Virus record (IMG/VR): IMGVR_UViG_3300020044_001276
Coordinates: 1-32,168 of that record
From: a virus
Lineage: Duplodnaviria; Caudoviricetes
Length of the DNA: 32,168 nucleotides
Reading direction: 5' to 3' (one strand)
Positions 10,401-18,352 of the stretch are shown piece by piece; within the stretch, counting starts at the first letter, position 1; each line of letters opens with the position of its first letter. The position numbers were made by a program, and so were the translations under genes. The notes beneath the pieces were generated by a model. That model was not told the origin of the DNA. It made no database searches and was given only the letters and a program-made list of their open reading frames with translations.

Positions 10401-11184
10401 GTTTTGGTTCCGCAGTGTGTTTGTTCCTAACTTCTTTGGTGAAGCTGAAATTGGTGGGCATAAAATCAGCGAGATTATTGACTCTGGTTTGATTGACACT
10501 ATTTCGGGCTACAACATGTCTAACAGCTTGGCAATGAACAACATGTGGATGCCTGAGTTGAAAGAACAACGCCATCTTGAAGACACTGTGCAGGAATATG
10601 CAATGTCATTAGCGGGGCCGTTCGCTAGTTTGGCGATAAATCAAATACCTTCCGCTATTCGTTTACTGCAGGAAGGCAAAACCATGCAAGGTTTAGAACG
10701 ACTACTTCCAGCGTTCTTCCGCCAACCATTGACTGCGGTTCGGTATAGCAAAGAAGGTGCGACAACAAGCACCGGAGCTGTTATCAGAGAGCCCGAAGAA
10801 TTTACCAAAGCGCAACTACTTGCTCAAGCAGCCGGTGCGCGTACTACGGGTCTTGCCTCTGCGCAAGAAGCCAACTTTAAAGCCAACGCGCTAAAAGCAA
10901 AGGTGACCCTTGAGAAAGGCAAACTTGTTAATCGTGTCGACCTAGAAGCTATGCGGGGTAGCGATGAAGAGTTTGATGCCGCGCTAGAAAAGCTAATTGC
11001 GTTTGGTGTGCGTAACCCGCAGGTTGCTGTTAAAGGTGAGCAGTTGTCTAAGATACTCAAAGGCCGCATGGAGAAACGTCTCAAAGCTGATCGTGGGTTT
11101 GATGTGGACAAGAAGTTCTACCCATACTTGGAAGAGTTGCTTGCACCATCCCGCGAGAAGCTTGAACGGGAAGCCGCGAAATAA
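4477..11184 (+). CDS. Large polyvalent-type/ejection protein (~2235 aa) with AT-hook, zincin metallopeptidase (HEALH) and PLxRFG-like domain
   Basis: ATG at 4477 after AAAGG; KPRGRPK at 7045-7065; HEALH at 7765-7779 with downstream HEFVSY; YFPLMRYGDY from 8947. Confidence 0.8.
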   Translation: MAWTPPSDAVETQASSGTAGWTPPSDAVKLEAAPAAVWTPPTDAVKTAPAAPAGEPDTYDYTRLTTPTKYQNAPTKDGEALIFNLKKGKIAPNIGNSYYDKEGNLNTRGGAQTDESWIAERRANEAAPASTFARPGDVVAPRRTEFTPPTQVKPVDGFPTAAPAKATPPVDLGAKLAAQEAKRAEFSPLEEAKKGVVGAATVGIPSSVEQFKLAGSAEVLQNTIQQMQLLDKIDKGEITSPRDLPRDPQVRMYYASNPEVRGRLRQSITNDLANNKAFVNASLGLLEQYKQEGQKFKGRQEKVLESESAADFGNWLAKNVGAGAAYAVPSIIAAVVGKQPGLFAFSTGMGYTEAVGNRLDAMAKELQQLPPEQRAARVAQRVQESDDVNLAIAIASGALDAVLGPAASVAKQGIKGSIQGMGRKGAAKQVVKELPKQAGQEFVAGSGQEAAQIAGKVKLGERDKFATAETARDIFESGASEAAGSLGTTAGLGALRVARTPSAAEPVEEKEKVEPIFDADKDLKKAPVPPAPTTVVKEAAPAEVTPVVQPAPTPEFEALVEKYKKRGYMPEDAAVLAQNEIEESKPKKVRPEGVPDVEKWTDAALASTLKLQQSKPDTAPTMVTADTPVEQRSAKNKPLIEAIEAEIANREKNKGAASVTESVSEAGGKSTALSTQSTDDVSTAAGTRDLERDGMVLTRPDATESAEGKGTESTAVTDADVTDTVKYFEKRDELLKQLDAASEESSALLDKLLELDSVRAADVLGADGKPLTLDENGNYDSDKAYEARKALTAERNKASAKFDAVIKQLDELDAAREAAKKTTTEIKGADVGTETTETVQTTQKGQAASAAGTVTGKPRGRPKAAITEEQRAEKEKARTESRAEYMKGERALPKLQADLDKANAPIDETNIADDEGLKNAENEKRTAKRDAINALLDLEAKHRGTALGKRVKAALADRSKISQKELDDVVAGRKYKAQERVNKSSASSEEVEDADTSFNKATNASQALAIIIKKGTGFQKFLAKRLRPLVAGVKFVVVEETDPLPEQLSRHQEAWGNENSRARGVYFENTATGERVIFVRGASAGGFQGINNTTVLHEALHAALQKKLELALLAVQRGFSGDAKLVRAYNDLIAVMNNARDEYNRLSNLGQLPTDIYYLKTVSGVFSNPHEFVSYGMTDPFFQKFLMGAYGFEEETGLFNRFVDALREMLGMATDTVNALSDLIVVTDKLMSAKLTPTMRMIVKADKANAIREGRGEKVSAAKAKAKANAKKITAAEKKILRSKEAQEVVNGIDTMVKLRDPQIFLDTLASMWQGLNVAKLKALMPAIQTNVLVEWGTNLGITHMDKTWRAMQDMGAMRMKMLGGASDVVTKWLNVQPGMYGKLVKGKKNELAELSAVMHYATDKSIDPATNKKDATLNKMWDGLSDKAKEIYVDVRDYYKSNFDLYRLLLNNRIDAMKIPGDAANPDTPKGKLMAEIKKMYETAKGLSPYFPLMRYGDYWLRVGSGKKKEFYMFESVVDREMFMRQRVRDLQAEGDTRSLEEMKADEDIETGNDLKGLRDKSTANDTAPLLKQIFELIGEGISETDAETLKDQIYQLYLTTMPEQSFRRQFIHRKGTAGFSGDALRNFITSSTNMANQLARLKYGPIMLREVDAAKESLKGNPEKDKLEMLVNELGERVQMEVYPPAVDSVAQGAANFANKSAFLYFMTSVKTAVVQFSSLPIFGAPVLISRHNPAQVAAEMGKMMLVFNDVGVIDKDGKFSQLSLANSRRVKMNAEEQRAIEAMTDRGVSEITMAYDLMDRRSTPSAKYSGAWKSATNMMGGLFHHVERLNREVMFMTSFRLSRKPGPNQLSFDDAVDQAVKDTYDALGNFSEQNRARMMRGPLGRTLLQFKTFPLFVTTYLARNGYRAMAGMDAAAKKEAATQLFGTLFMSGLLAGYVGIPGISAAMGAVQGIINAMRDEEDDDPLEERDLEFWFRSVFVPNFFGEAEIGGHKISEIIDSGLIDTISGYNMSNSLAMNNMWMPELKEQRHLEDTVQEYAMSLAGPFASLAINQIPSAIRLLQEGKTMQGLERLLPAFFRQPLTAVRYSKEGATTSTGAVIREPEEFTKAQLLAQAAGARTTGLASAQEANFKANALKAKVTLEKGKLVNRVDLEAMRGSDEEFDAALEKLIAFGVRNPQVAVKGEQLSKILKGRMEKRLKADRGFDVDKKFYPYLEELLAPSREKLEREAAK

Positions 11185-11210
11185 AAAACCCCCGGGGATT
11201 AGCCGGGGGT
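11183..11210 (-). terminator. Rho-independent terminator for the leftward replication operon, at the convergence point
   Basis: ACCCCCGG-7nt-CCGGGGGT stem followed by a T-run on the - strand. Confidence 0.8.
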
Positions 11211-11268
11211 AAAAGGAGGAGAACCAAAATCATGTCTGTCAGCAACTGCGCCGACAGTTCAGTTTAGC

Positions 11269-11463
11269 TCAAAGTCTCCACACTCGCAAACCTTTTATGC
11301 CGTCTTCTACAACTACTTTCGTAAGTAGTTCCATTTTTAGCCGGCGTGATACTCGACCAAGTTCCGCTTTAGCTTTTGCTGTATCAATGCAGGGTACAAA
11401 AAACGAGTACCCTTTACGGAACTTGGCCCAGTTGACCTCATAGTGAACTGTCTCGATCTTCAT
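11269..11463 (-). CDS. Small basic phage protein (SFFVP...GLRVWR)
   Basis: 64 aa, overlaps the primase stop; motif pattern seen in small phage proteins. Confidence 0.75.
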   Translation of the reverse strand: MKIETVHYEVNWAKFRKGYSFFVPCIDTAKAKAELGRVSRRLKMELLTKVVVEDGIKGLRVWRL

Positions 11464-14278
11464 CGGTAGCTTCTATGTGAATAAAGTCGGCCTGAGAAGC
11501 ATCAAACATCAATGCTCGCACTGCGGGGGACACAACCTTCATGCCCTTAGCCATGCGTTTGTTTACAGCTTCCTTAAATACATTAACTTCTTTCAGCTCT
11601 TTCAGTACATCTTTGTAGTTAATCTGGCGTTGAACGCAGAAGTCTTTGAATGACTTAGCGGCGATCCACAGCAACTTAGTGTCTGGCTCGTAGCGTATGA
11701 ACAACTCGCCTCGTGGCTCCATAGTCGGCATTGGAATCATATTGCTTCGTGCATCGTTCTCACCGTTCACAACCAAAGCGTGGTTCATGTTGCCGTTGAT
11801 GAATTCACCAAGGGTAGAGGCGGGGTTGCTGATTGGGGGTTTAATGTCTTCGCGCATCTCGCCGAGCATGCCAACCAACCATGCGTAGACTAGCTTCATG
11901 TCGTAGTCGTGCAGTTGCAAGCTCTTGGCAATCAAGCCACCGGCAATGTTACAGGCGGCAACGGCTGACCAGAAGCGCTCACGCTGTGTGAATTTAACTT
12001 CCTTGTCGAGCTTGGCCTGAATCTGACGCACCAAATCTTTGGCTTCTTCCAAGTTATTGACGAGCCATTGAGCGTAGATTTCACCTGCGTGTCCGTAGTT
12101 TTCGCGCAGTTGGTGGTCAAACATTTGCTTGCCGACTTGCACGTCAATCAGGGCGTTGGGCTTGATCTCATACTCAAGTAGACGCATGGACTCACCATCG
12201 GGTGAATCTTTGGCCGCGCCAAGCTTTTGGTAGAAGCTAGCGTTCGAGGATGTTAGGGTAATCCCTTGCCAGCTAGTTAAGTTAACACGCTCTTCGTTAA
12301 CCGAGCCGCGCATCTTGTTTTTGCCCCGACCCTGCGAAATGCTGTACGACAGGTCAGAGAACTCCATAGGGCTGGTGTTCGTAATCTCGTCGATTGTGTT
12401 GGGCAGGTTGTTCATCACGCCGAGTCTGTGCATCTTTGCGTTGAACGTATCTTTCCAGATCGAGGCGTTCTTAACTGGGTGACCCCACACGCTGTTGCAC
12501 ATAAACAACGCTGTCGACTTACCTGAGCCTGAGCTACTGTGAATCACGTTGATGATTGCACCTGACATGCCGGTGAACTTGAGCAGTGGGGAGCCAAATG
12601 CCGTCAGTGCCGCAAAAGCGTGAGGCTCGAGGCCGGGCTTTGCGTACATGTTGAACACTTCTTTCCACTTTTCAAAGTCACCCTGCTCGTTGAGGTGCTC
12701 GGCTACCGCCTTCGTAATGTGCGATGGGGGGCTGTAATACACACCATCCTTTGTAATTTCTCTGTCGCCAAGAATGAACTTGCTGTCGTTGTCGACCCAA
12801 CCAAACTGCGTTCTCATAATATCTGCTCTCCTCATAACTTGTAAATTTTTAACTGCGGTAATCACATACACGCACATGAGGTCAACTTGCTTACTAAACA
12901 AGCCCACACCCTTGGCCGCTAATGCTTCTCGCAATTTATCTTTTGATGAAAGTACCCCAAGTGGGATTGCAAATTCTTTCATGCCGTCCATTGGTAGGTG
13001 CAATCGGAATAACAATGTCTCCCCAATATCAGGGTCGGTTAGCCGCTTGATGATGTACAGGTCGTGCTCATACACAAGCTCGGGATCCGCTTCATCATCA
13101 GCGGGTCTGCGGTAGATGCCGCCGTTCTTACCCCTGAAGAATGGGAATGGATACTCAGGTATGCGTACTGTCTCAACCTCACCGTCTTCAGCTTCAATTA
13201 CAACGTCGTAATCTTCGTCTTCGGCTTCTTCGATCTCAACACCAAGCATGATTGGCGACTTGATCTTGCCCTTGTGCTTACATCCATCGCAACCACTGGG
13301 GTTGTGCTTCTCAAAGGTGGCGCAGTGATGCGGTCCGCCCGTGCGTTGCAAATCATCAACCTTGAACTCAGTCTTAAACCGGTCGTAGTCAGGGTGCTCC
13401 GCAGACATTTTGTGTACTGCAGAATCTCGGTCGACGCAAAAAGTTGCAATCGAAAGCGCTGAGCGCCATAAGTTGTAGTCGAGTGTGGCTTGATTTTCGT
13501 AGCAGTACAAGAGTTGGTTACAACCTTCCCCCTGCGCTGACTTCATCATTATTGTTTTGAATCGCTTGATCTTGTTCTGCATCACCGTTTCCATTAAAGG
13601 ACTCATGGTGCGCGGAATAAAATCTGGCCGCTCTTCTTCCGGCTCTACGTCCGGTGCGCCGAGTAGCTCTTTCACTTGTGCGTAGGTCATACGCTGAGTG
13701 ACTTCGTTAAGAACCGTTACTTCTACCGGTTCAGCTTTAAAGTTGTATGTGCCGGGGACACGCAGTACTCTGGATGCTTCAAATACAGCAGGGTCGACAA
13801 TGAATCCTTGCTCAACGCACAACTCACGGAGGCGGCTTGCAAGGGGCTCCCAGTCTCGGCGAACTAAGGTCTCTTCAAGCAACCAGTATGCGTGGATGCC
13901 ATAGCCTGAGCTAACCAAAATCGGTTGCGGTAACCCTACGTTTTTGCAAAACTTTTTGAGCTCGCTGAGGCCAGTGGCTTGGTCGATATAACCTTTGATT
14001 ACCCCTTTTTCGTCGGGTACAGCCTTTGTGGGGCCGCAATCAATATCCATCCACAATGCGCGAACGAAAGCTACGTTGTCGTGTGTGCGAGTATTCAGTG
14101 GGCCATACGTGGCACAACCAAAAAACACATCGAACTTGTTGCTTACTAACGCCTCAATCTGCTCATCTACTTCTGCTCGTGTACTGTAAAACTTCTGATC
14201 TGGGTACTTCCCTAGCCCGAACACACAGTACCGACCCTTGTCAGGTAGTACAGCGTTTAACAGGTCAAATTGGGACAT
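11438..14278 (-). CDS. Primase-helicase: RepB/AEP-like primase, Cys/His cluster, DUF927-type P-loop helicase
   Basis: WMDIDC, SSGYGIHAYW and RVLRVPGTYN primase motifs; HHC..C..CKH; Walker A SGSGKST, Walker B TIDE. Confidence 0.85.
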   Translation of the reverse strand: MSQFDLLNAVLPDKGRYCVFGLGKYPDQKFYSTRAEVDEQIEALVSNKFDVFFGCATYGPLNTRTHDNVAFVRALWMDIDCGPTKAVPDEKGVIKGYIDQATGLSELKKFCKNVGLPQPILVSSGYGIHAYWLLEETLVRRDWEPLASRLRELCVEQGFIVDPAVFEASRVLRVPGTYNFKAEPVEVTVLNEVTQRMTYAQVKELLGAPDVEPEEERPDFIPRTMSPLMETVMQNKIKRFKTIMMKSAQGEGCNQLLYCYENQATLDYNLWRSALSIATFCVDRDSAVHKMSAEHPDYDRFKTEFKVDDLQRTGGPHHCATFEKHNPSGCDGCKHKGKIKSPIMLGVEIEEAEDEDYDVVIEAEDGEVETVRIPEYPFPFFRGKNGGIYRRPADDEADPELVYEHDLYIIKRLTDPDIGETLLFRLHLPMDGMKEFAIPLGVLSSKDKLREALAAKGVGLFSKQVDLMCVYVITAVKNLQVMRRADIMRTQFGWVDNDSKFILGDREITKDGVYYSPPSHITKAVAEHLNEQGDFEKWKEVFNMYAKPGLEPHAFAALTAFGSPLLKFTGMSGAIINVIHSSSGSGKSTALFMCNSVWGHPVKNASIWKDTFNAKMHRLGVMNNLPNTIDEITNTSPMEFSDLSYSISQGRGKNKMRGSVNEERVNLTSWQGITLTSSNASFYQKLGAAKDSPDGESMRLLEYEIKPNALIDVQVGKQMFDHQLRENYGHAGEIYAQWLVNNLEEAKDLVRQIQAKLDKEVKFTQRERFWSAVAACNIAGGLIAKSLQLHDYDMKLVYAWLVGMLGEMREDIKPPISNPASTLGEFINGNMNHALVVNGENDARSNMIPMPTMEPRGELFIRYEPDTKLLWIAAKSFKDFCVQRQINYKDVLKELKEVNVFKEAVNKRMAKGMKVVSPAVRALMFDASQADFIHIEATDEDRDSSL

Positions 14279-14282
14279 TTAT

Positions 14283-14531
14283 TTATTTCAGTTGGTGGCG
14301 GGCTTTGATGTTAAGTATGTAGTCGCTGATCGCTTGATCGTAGGAATGAAAGGGGACAGAGTCCCCCTTAAACCAATTGTAGATAGTCATTCGGCTTACA
14401 CCGAAGTGGTCTGCAATTTTGCTAACACTAATGTTTGCGCGGATACATACACGACCCAAGGCCACACCCAGAGACTTGATACTTGCTTTTTTATTTGCGT
14501 ATACCAAGCTCTGGCTATAACCATAAGTCAT
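14283..14531 (-). CDS. Cro/XRE-like helix-turn-helix protein
   Basis: SVSKIADHFGVSRMTIYNWFKG. Confidence 0.8.
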   Translation of the reverse strand: MTYGYSQSLVYANKKASIKSLGVALGRVCIRANISVSKIADHFGVSRMTIYNWFKGDSVPFHSYDQAISDYILNIKARHQLK

Positions 14532-14533
14532 AT

Positions 14534-15424
14534 TTATTCCTCGTCACTCCAAGCCTTCACCACGGAATCCAAATCCTTCTTGGTCACAGGTGTAGGCGCA
14601 GTTTTGGCGGGGCGCTTGATTGGCTCGTCGATTGCTTCAACCTTTGCGGAGGCTTCTGCTTTAGCGGCGGGTGCTTCCAACTTAGCGGGCTTGCCAGACA
14701 TGTCGGCTTGGTATGGTGTCATAACGACCATCTTCAGCACTTCAGGAGTGTTAGCCACTTTGCTAGTCACAGCGTACTGGGACTTGTTGATGTACTTAGT
14801 CGGCGTAAACAACACTGACTGATTGTCATTGTCTTCGTTGAAGCTGATCTGCGTCACAACATAGTCCAAGCTCTTGCCGTTGTTAGACAAATACTTGGAG
14901 TAGTTTTCAAACGTGTGCGTGTTATCGCCAACGCTTTCACCAAACAAAGACTTGGATGCCAAGTTCATTTGGTACACAGAACCTTCGAGTGATGTACCGA
15001 AGTCTTCTTCCAACACAAGCGCAATACGGCGTGAGTAGCGGCAAGCCTTAGAGTTACCTTGGCCTGAGCCTTTGATATTCTGTTGGCAGGTGTCACAACG
15101 ATCTGCTTGGGGGTTGATTGAACCCGCATCAGGTGCGCGTCCATCATTAGAGAAGCAGTCAGGTGCAGTTGGCTCGGCATCAGGGCTCCACTGTTTTGCG
15201 TAGAAGATACGACCAACAGCAGGGGATGCGTTAACGATGATGGCACTTACGTTGCCTTTGACCTTGCCCATCTCTTCGCCGCCGACTGTCTTACGAAAAA
15301 TGCCGTTCTTGGGCACAATGCGTTTGACACCGGACTTACCGGCGAGTTGTTTTGTGAGCTCGCTAACTCCTGCGGTTTGCAAGAATTCGGGGAGGTCTTC
15401 GTTGAGGATTGTAATGTTACTCAT
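14534..15424 (-). CDS. Putative ssDNA-binding/annealing protein with Cys motif and acidic tail
   Basis: Position in replication module; CDTC...KAC; flexible Ala/Pro/Lys linker and WSDEE C-terminus. Confidence 0.55.
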   Translation of the reverse strand: MSNITILNEDLPEFLQTAGVSELTKQLAGKSGVKRIVPKNGIFRKTVGGEEMGKVKGNVSAIIVNASPAVGRIFYAKQWSPDAEPTAPDCFSNDGRAPDAGSINPQADRCDTCQQNIKGSGQGNSKACRYSRRIALVLEEDFGTSLEGSVYQMNLASKSLFGESVGDNTHTFENYSKYLSNNGKSLDYVVTQISFNEDNDNQSVLFTPTKYINKSQYAVTSKVANTPEVLKMVVMTPYQADMSGKPAKLEAPAAKAEASAKVEAIDEPIKRPAKTAPTPVTKKDLDSVVKAWSDEE

Positions 15425-15426
15425 TT

Positions 15427-15840
15427 TCAGCTTTCTTTAGAACGTCTAACTACCACGGTGTATTCACTTTCGACATTTAACCCCTTCGGGTAAAGGTCAG
15501 GATTCTCAGCGAGAAAGTCTTTCATGTTTGTTTGATGAATTCGTTTCTCTAACAGGCCAAATGCTCCGGTCTCTTCGATGAAACCGTAGATTGAATCCCA
15601 ATCGTTTGTCCAATACCGTGACTTAATTGAACGCATGATCGTGCCATGTGGGGTGCGAATGCTGTCGGCATTCATGTCTTTGCATACGTCGAGCATCTCT
15701 TGCGCTAAGACTTGCATTTGAGCTTCAAGGTCTTGATCTTCAGCTTCAAACATTTTCTTATTTGCAGATCGCTTGTCGCGTATTTTGATGTACAGCGCAG
15801 TCAGTTTGTCTAACGGCACTCTCTCTTGAACTTCTTCCAT
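15427..15840 (-). CDS. Conserved-looking phage replication-module protein, 137 aa
   Basis: SD AGGAG; N-terminal coiled coil; first gene after the promoter. Confidence 0.7.
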   Translation of the reverse strand: MEEVQERVPLDKLTALYIKIRDKRSANKKMFEAEDQDLEAQMQVLAQEMLDVCKDMNADSIRTPHGTIMRSIKSRYWTNDWDSIYGFIEETGAFGLLEKRIHQTNMKDFLAENPDLYPKGLNVESEYTVVVRRSKES

Positions 15841-15858
15841 CTGATTCTCCTAATAAAA

Positions 15859-15957
15859 GTGTGAACAATGACGACTCACATAAAGCAGTGTATTTTTTAA
15901 CGTCCCCCTCGGTTAAAGGGTGCGATGGCGCTAACCCAACGCTCGTCACTGCCACAC
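15859..15957 (-). ncRNA. Candidate structured 5' leader RNA (multi-stem)
   Basis: 15957-15943 pairs with 15874-15859 (15 bp, G-U pairs, one bulge), enclosing hairpins; begins at the predicted TSS. Confidence 0.55.
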
Positions 15958-15963
15958 AACTCA

Positions 15964-15991
15964 AATATAACACAACATTTGACAATGTCAA
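15964..15991 (-). promoter_or_regulatory. sigma70-type promoter TTGACA-16-TATATT with extended -10 and palindromic -35
   Basis: - strand TTGACATTGTCAAATGTTGTGTTATATT. Confidence 0.7.
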
Positions 15992-17373
15992 GGGGTGTCT
16001 AAAAATTCTTGTCGATAAAGATCAATTATTTTGTTATGGTTTGCTACGTTGTTGCGCAACAAAGAATATAAACGCTTCTCTGTTTGACTTCCGTGTATGT
16101 GTACGACAGTCATTGGATTGCGTTGGCCCGGTCTGTCGATGCGTGCGTTTGCTTGTAGATACGTCTCAACACTGGAGGTGGGAGCGTACCAAATAACAGT
16201 GTTAGCCGCAGTAAGTGTTAACCCGTGTGATGCCGCTTGCGGTTGGATGACAAGCACTCGTGGGTCAGGACGCCTTTGAAACTCTTGCACAATCTCTGCG
16301 CGTCTGTTAGCAGACACAGCTCCGTTAATGACATCGCATGTAATGCCATTCTTTACAAGGTACTTAGTTAGCAACTCAATCGTGTGCGTGAATGGAACGA
16401 ACACCAACACCTTATGGCTTGACTCGTCGATCACTTCCTTGATTACCTTGAGGCGGTCGGTCACATCGAACTCAATCACTTCGCCGCTGTCAGAGTACAC
16501 TGCGCCGCCTGAAATCTGTAAGAGCTTGTTGAGCTTTACTGCGGCGTTAATAGCCGTAATCTCTTCTCCTCCTGCCTCGATTAGCATCTGCTTCTTGAGT
16601 ATGGCGTAGTACTTTAACTGCTGCGGTGAAAGCGGAGCCTCTCGGTCAACAAACGTAAGCTCGGGCAAATCCAAACACTGCGCTTTCTCAAACCGAATAG
16701 CGGGTTGAAGAGCCTTATGTACTGTGGCTTCCGATGTGGGTTTGGGTATCCAACGATAGTCGCTGATCTTGTGCATGACTGAGTCGCGGAACTGACCGAA
16801 GAAAGCAGGTACACCCTTGGGGTTCACAAGCTTTGCTAATCCGTAAGCATCCACAGGCGACTGAGCCGCCGGCGTTCCCGTCAACATCCACAGACCTTTA
16901 ACCACTTTGGTAATGTCCCGCATGGTTTTCCATCTGTCAGTCTGCGCGTTCTTATACGCGGACGCTTCGTCAATCACGATGAGGTCAAAGCCACCCGCCA
17001 TGATTTCTTTCTTAACAATCTCAACGCCAGCAAAGTTAATGATGACGAACTCGGCAAGCCCGTTAATAATTTGCTTGCGCTTCTCCCTGCCGCCATGCGC
17101 TACGGCTACTGTGCGGTGCAGTGCAAACTTAAACAGGTCTTCTTGCCATGCGGCCTTCATCACCGACAACGGGCAAACGATTAGCACTCGGCTAACCAAT
17201 CCAACTTTCATTAGGTAGTCGACTGCCCAGATCACTGATGCAGTCTTACCCGTACCCTGCTCGTTGAAGCAGAAACTTTTGCGGTTGCCGATTAAGAATT
17301 CAGCAGTTGCCTTCTGATGCTCGAACGGGGTGAAGCCGTGGGGTCTCGGCCAATCGTACTCTGATAGGTTCAT
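15988..17373 (-). CDS. SNF2-family (SF2) helicase
   Basis: EQGTGKT, VIDEAS, LTGTP, HGLTL and QANARIDRPGQ motifs. Confidence 0.9.
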   Translation of the reverse strand: MNLSEYDWPRPHGFTPFEHQKATAEFLIGNRKSFCFNEQGTGKTASVIWAVDYLMKVGLVSRVLIVCPLSVMKAAWQEDLFKFALHRTVAVAHGGREKRKQIINGLAEFVIINFAGVEIVKKEIMAGGFDLIVIDEASAYKNAQTDRWKTMRDITKVVKGLWMLTGTPAAQSPVDAYGLAKLVNPKGVPAFFGQFRDSVMHKISDYRWIPKPTSEATVHKALQPAIRFEKAQCLDLPELTFVDREAPLSPQQLKYYAILKKQMLIEAGGEEITAINAAVKLNKLLQISGGAVYSDSGEVIEFDVTDRLKVIKEVIDESSHKVLVFVPFTHTIELLTKYLVKNGITCDVINGAVSANRRAEIVQEFQRRPDPRVLVIQPQAASHGLTLTAANTVIWYAPTSSVETYLQANARIDRPGQRNPMTVVHIHGSQTEKRLYSLLRNNVANHNKIIDLYRQEFLDTP

Positions 17374-17684
17374 TTCTTCTTACGTTCTTTGGTGCTTACT
17401 TCGGTTACCAACTTGTGCTGAGAGTTGCGCTTGAATGAGCGGTTAGCTGTTGGGGATTGCACCTTCGTGCCGTCCTTGTTGGAGCCGCCCTTACTCAGAG
17501 CTTTAACGTGGGCAATGTCTTTACCTTCTCTGGAATCAGCAGTGCCATCGTTGTCCTTGTCGGGGTGCTTCTTGTCGTACTCGTTACGGGCACGTTGGCG
17601 TTCCATTCGTGCGGGCAACTCGCCACGGGCAACTTGCTGTTGGTATTCCTTTTTGTAGGGGCGGGGTTTGTTGACGTAAGGCAT
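17370..17684 (-). CDS. HNH-like endonuclease
   Basis: GKDIAHVKALSKGGSN...ANRS. Confidence 0.65.
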   Translation of the reverse strand: MPYVNKPRPYKKEYQQQVARGELPARMERQRARNEYDKKHPDKDNDGTADSREGKDIAHVKALSKGGSNKDGTKVQSPTANRSFKRNSQHKLVTEVSTKERKKK

Positions 17685-17686
17685 AT

Positions 17687-18352
17687 CTATCCTTTGTTGT
17701 ATTCACATTGTTTAACTGAACACCACTTGCACAGTGGGCCACTCTTGGGGTTCCATACCCCACTCATGAATGCACCTTCAAGTCGCTCAATATCGGGCAG
17801 TACTTTCTGTACATACACAGACTTCATTTTCGCATCATGTTCAGCTTTTACAAACTCTTTGCTGACTACGAACATAAGCGCAGACTTGACCCGCTCGATC
17901 TCGGGGTACTTGGCAAACAGGGCGGCGGCAATCAAATCAAGCTGACCCATGTCGGCATAGCGTGCGTTCTTACTTGTCTTGTAGTCGACTGAGTAGGCCA
18001 ACTTTTTCTCGCGGTTCAGAATAACCAAGTCGGCAATCCCATGCCACCATACGCCCTCGGCTGAGAATTCACAGGGCTGTAAATCTTTGGTCAGACCAAG
18101 TTTGACCTCGCAATGCTTTTCCCCGGGGATGGCGTTTAGTCTATCTAGCGAAGACTTAACGTACGAAAACTTTTCTGGGATCGGCGTTCCGTCTCTTATG
18201 TATTCTTCAGCGGCAGTATGCATCTCTTTGCCATACAGCGTAGCGGTTGTGTCCCCCTCGATTACATCCTTGGCAACCTTGGTGTGATAGTACTTCTTAG
18301 GGCACTGCTGAAATGTTTTCAGGCTACTGAATGACCAAATTAACTGCTTCAT
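17687..18352 (-). CDS. Cas4-like PD-(D/E)XK exonuclease
   Basis: [23 protein letters not shown] and C-terminal CKWC..C; probable start MKQLIW at 18352. Confidence 0.85.
   Translation of the reverse strand: MKQLIWSFSSLKTFQQCPKKYYHTKVAKDVIEGDTTATLYGKEMHTAAEEYIRDGTPIPEKFSYVKSSLDRLNAIPGEKHCEVKLGLTKDLQPCEFSAEGVWWHGIADLVILNREKKLAYSVDYKTSKNARYADMGQLDLIAAALFAKYPEIERVKSALMFVVSKEFVKAEHDAKMKSVYVQKVLPDIERLEGAFMSGVWNPKSGPLCKWCSVKQCEYNKG

Noticed and set aside
198-11111. Antisense and alternate-frame ORFs in the track over the + strand genes, and + strand ORFs over the - strand genes elsewhere
   Set aside because: They are shadows of long coding frames, with no SD or recognisable motifs.
14352-14366. GGGGAC-AGA-GTCCCC hairpin
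   Set aside because: It lies inside the HTH CDS, is single-copy and has no convincing U-tract.
15859-15957. Leader RNA as a tRNA or known self-cleaving ribozyme
   Set aside because: No T-loop/D-loop consensus, and I could not match hammerhead, twister or pistol core motifs by eye.
15979-15991. TTGACAATGTCAA as a matS (GTGACRNYGTCAC) or FNR (TTGAT-N4-ATCAA) site
   Set aside because: The terminal bases differ from matS, the spacing is one base short for FNR, and the -35 role explains half of the sequence. Kept only as a resemblance.
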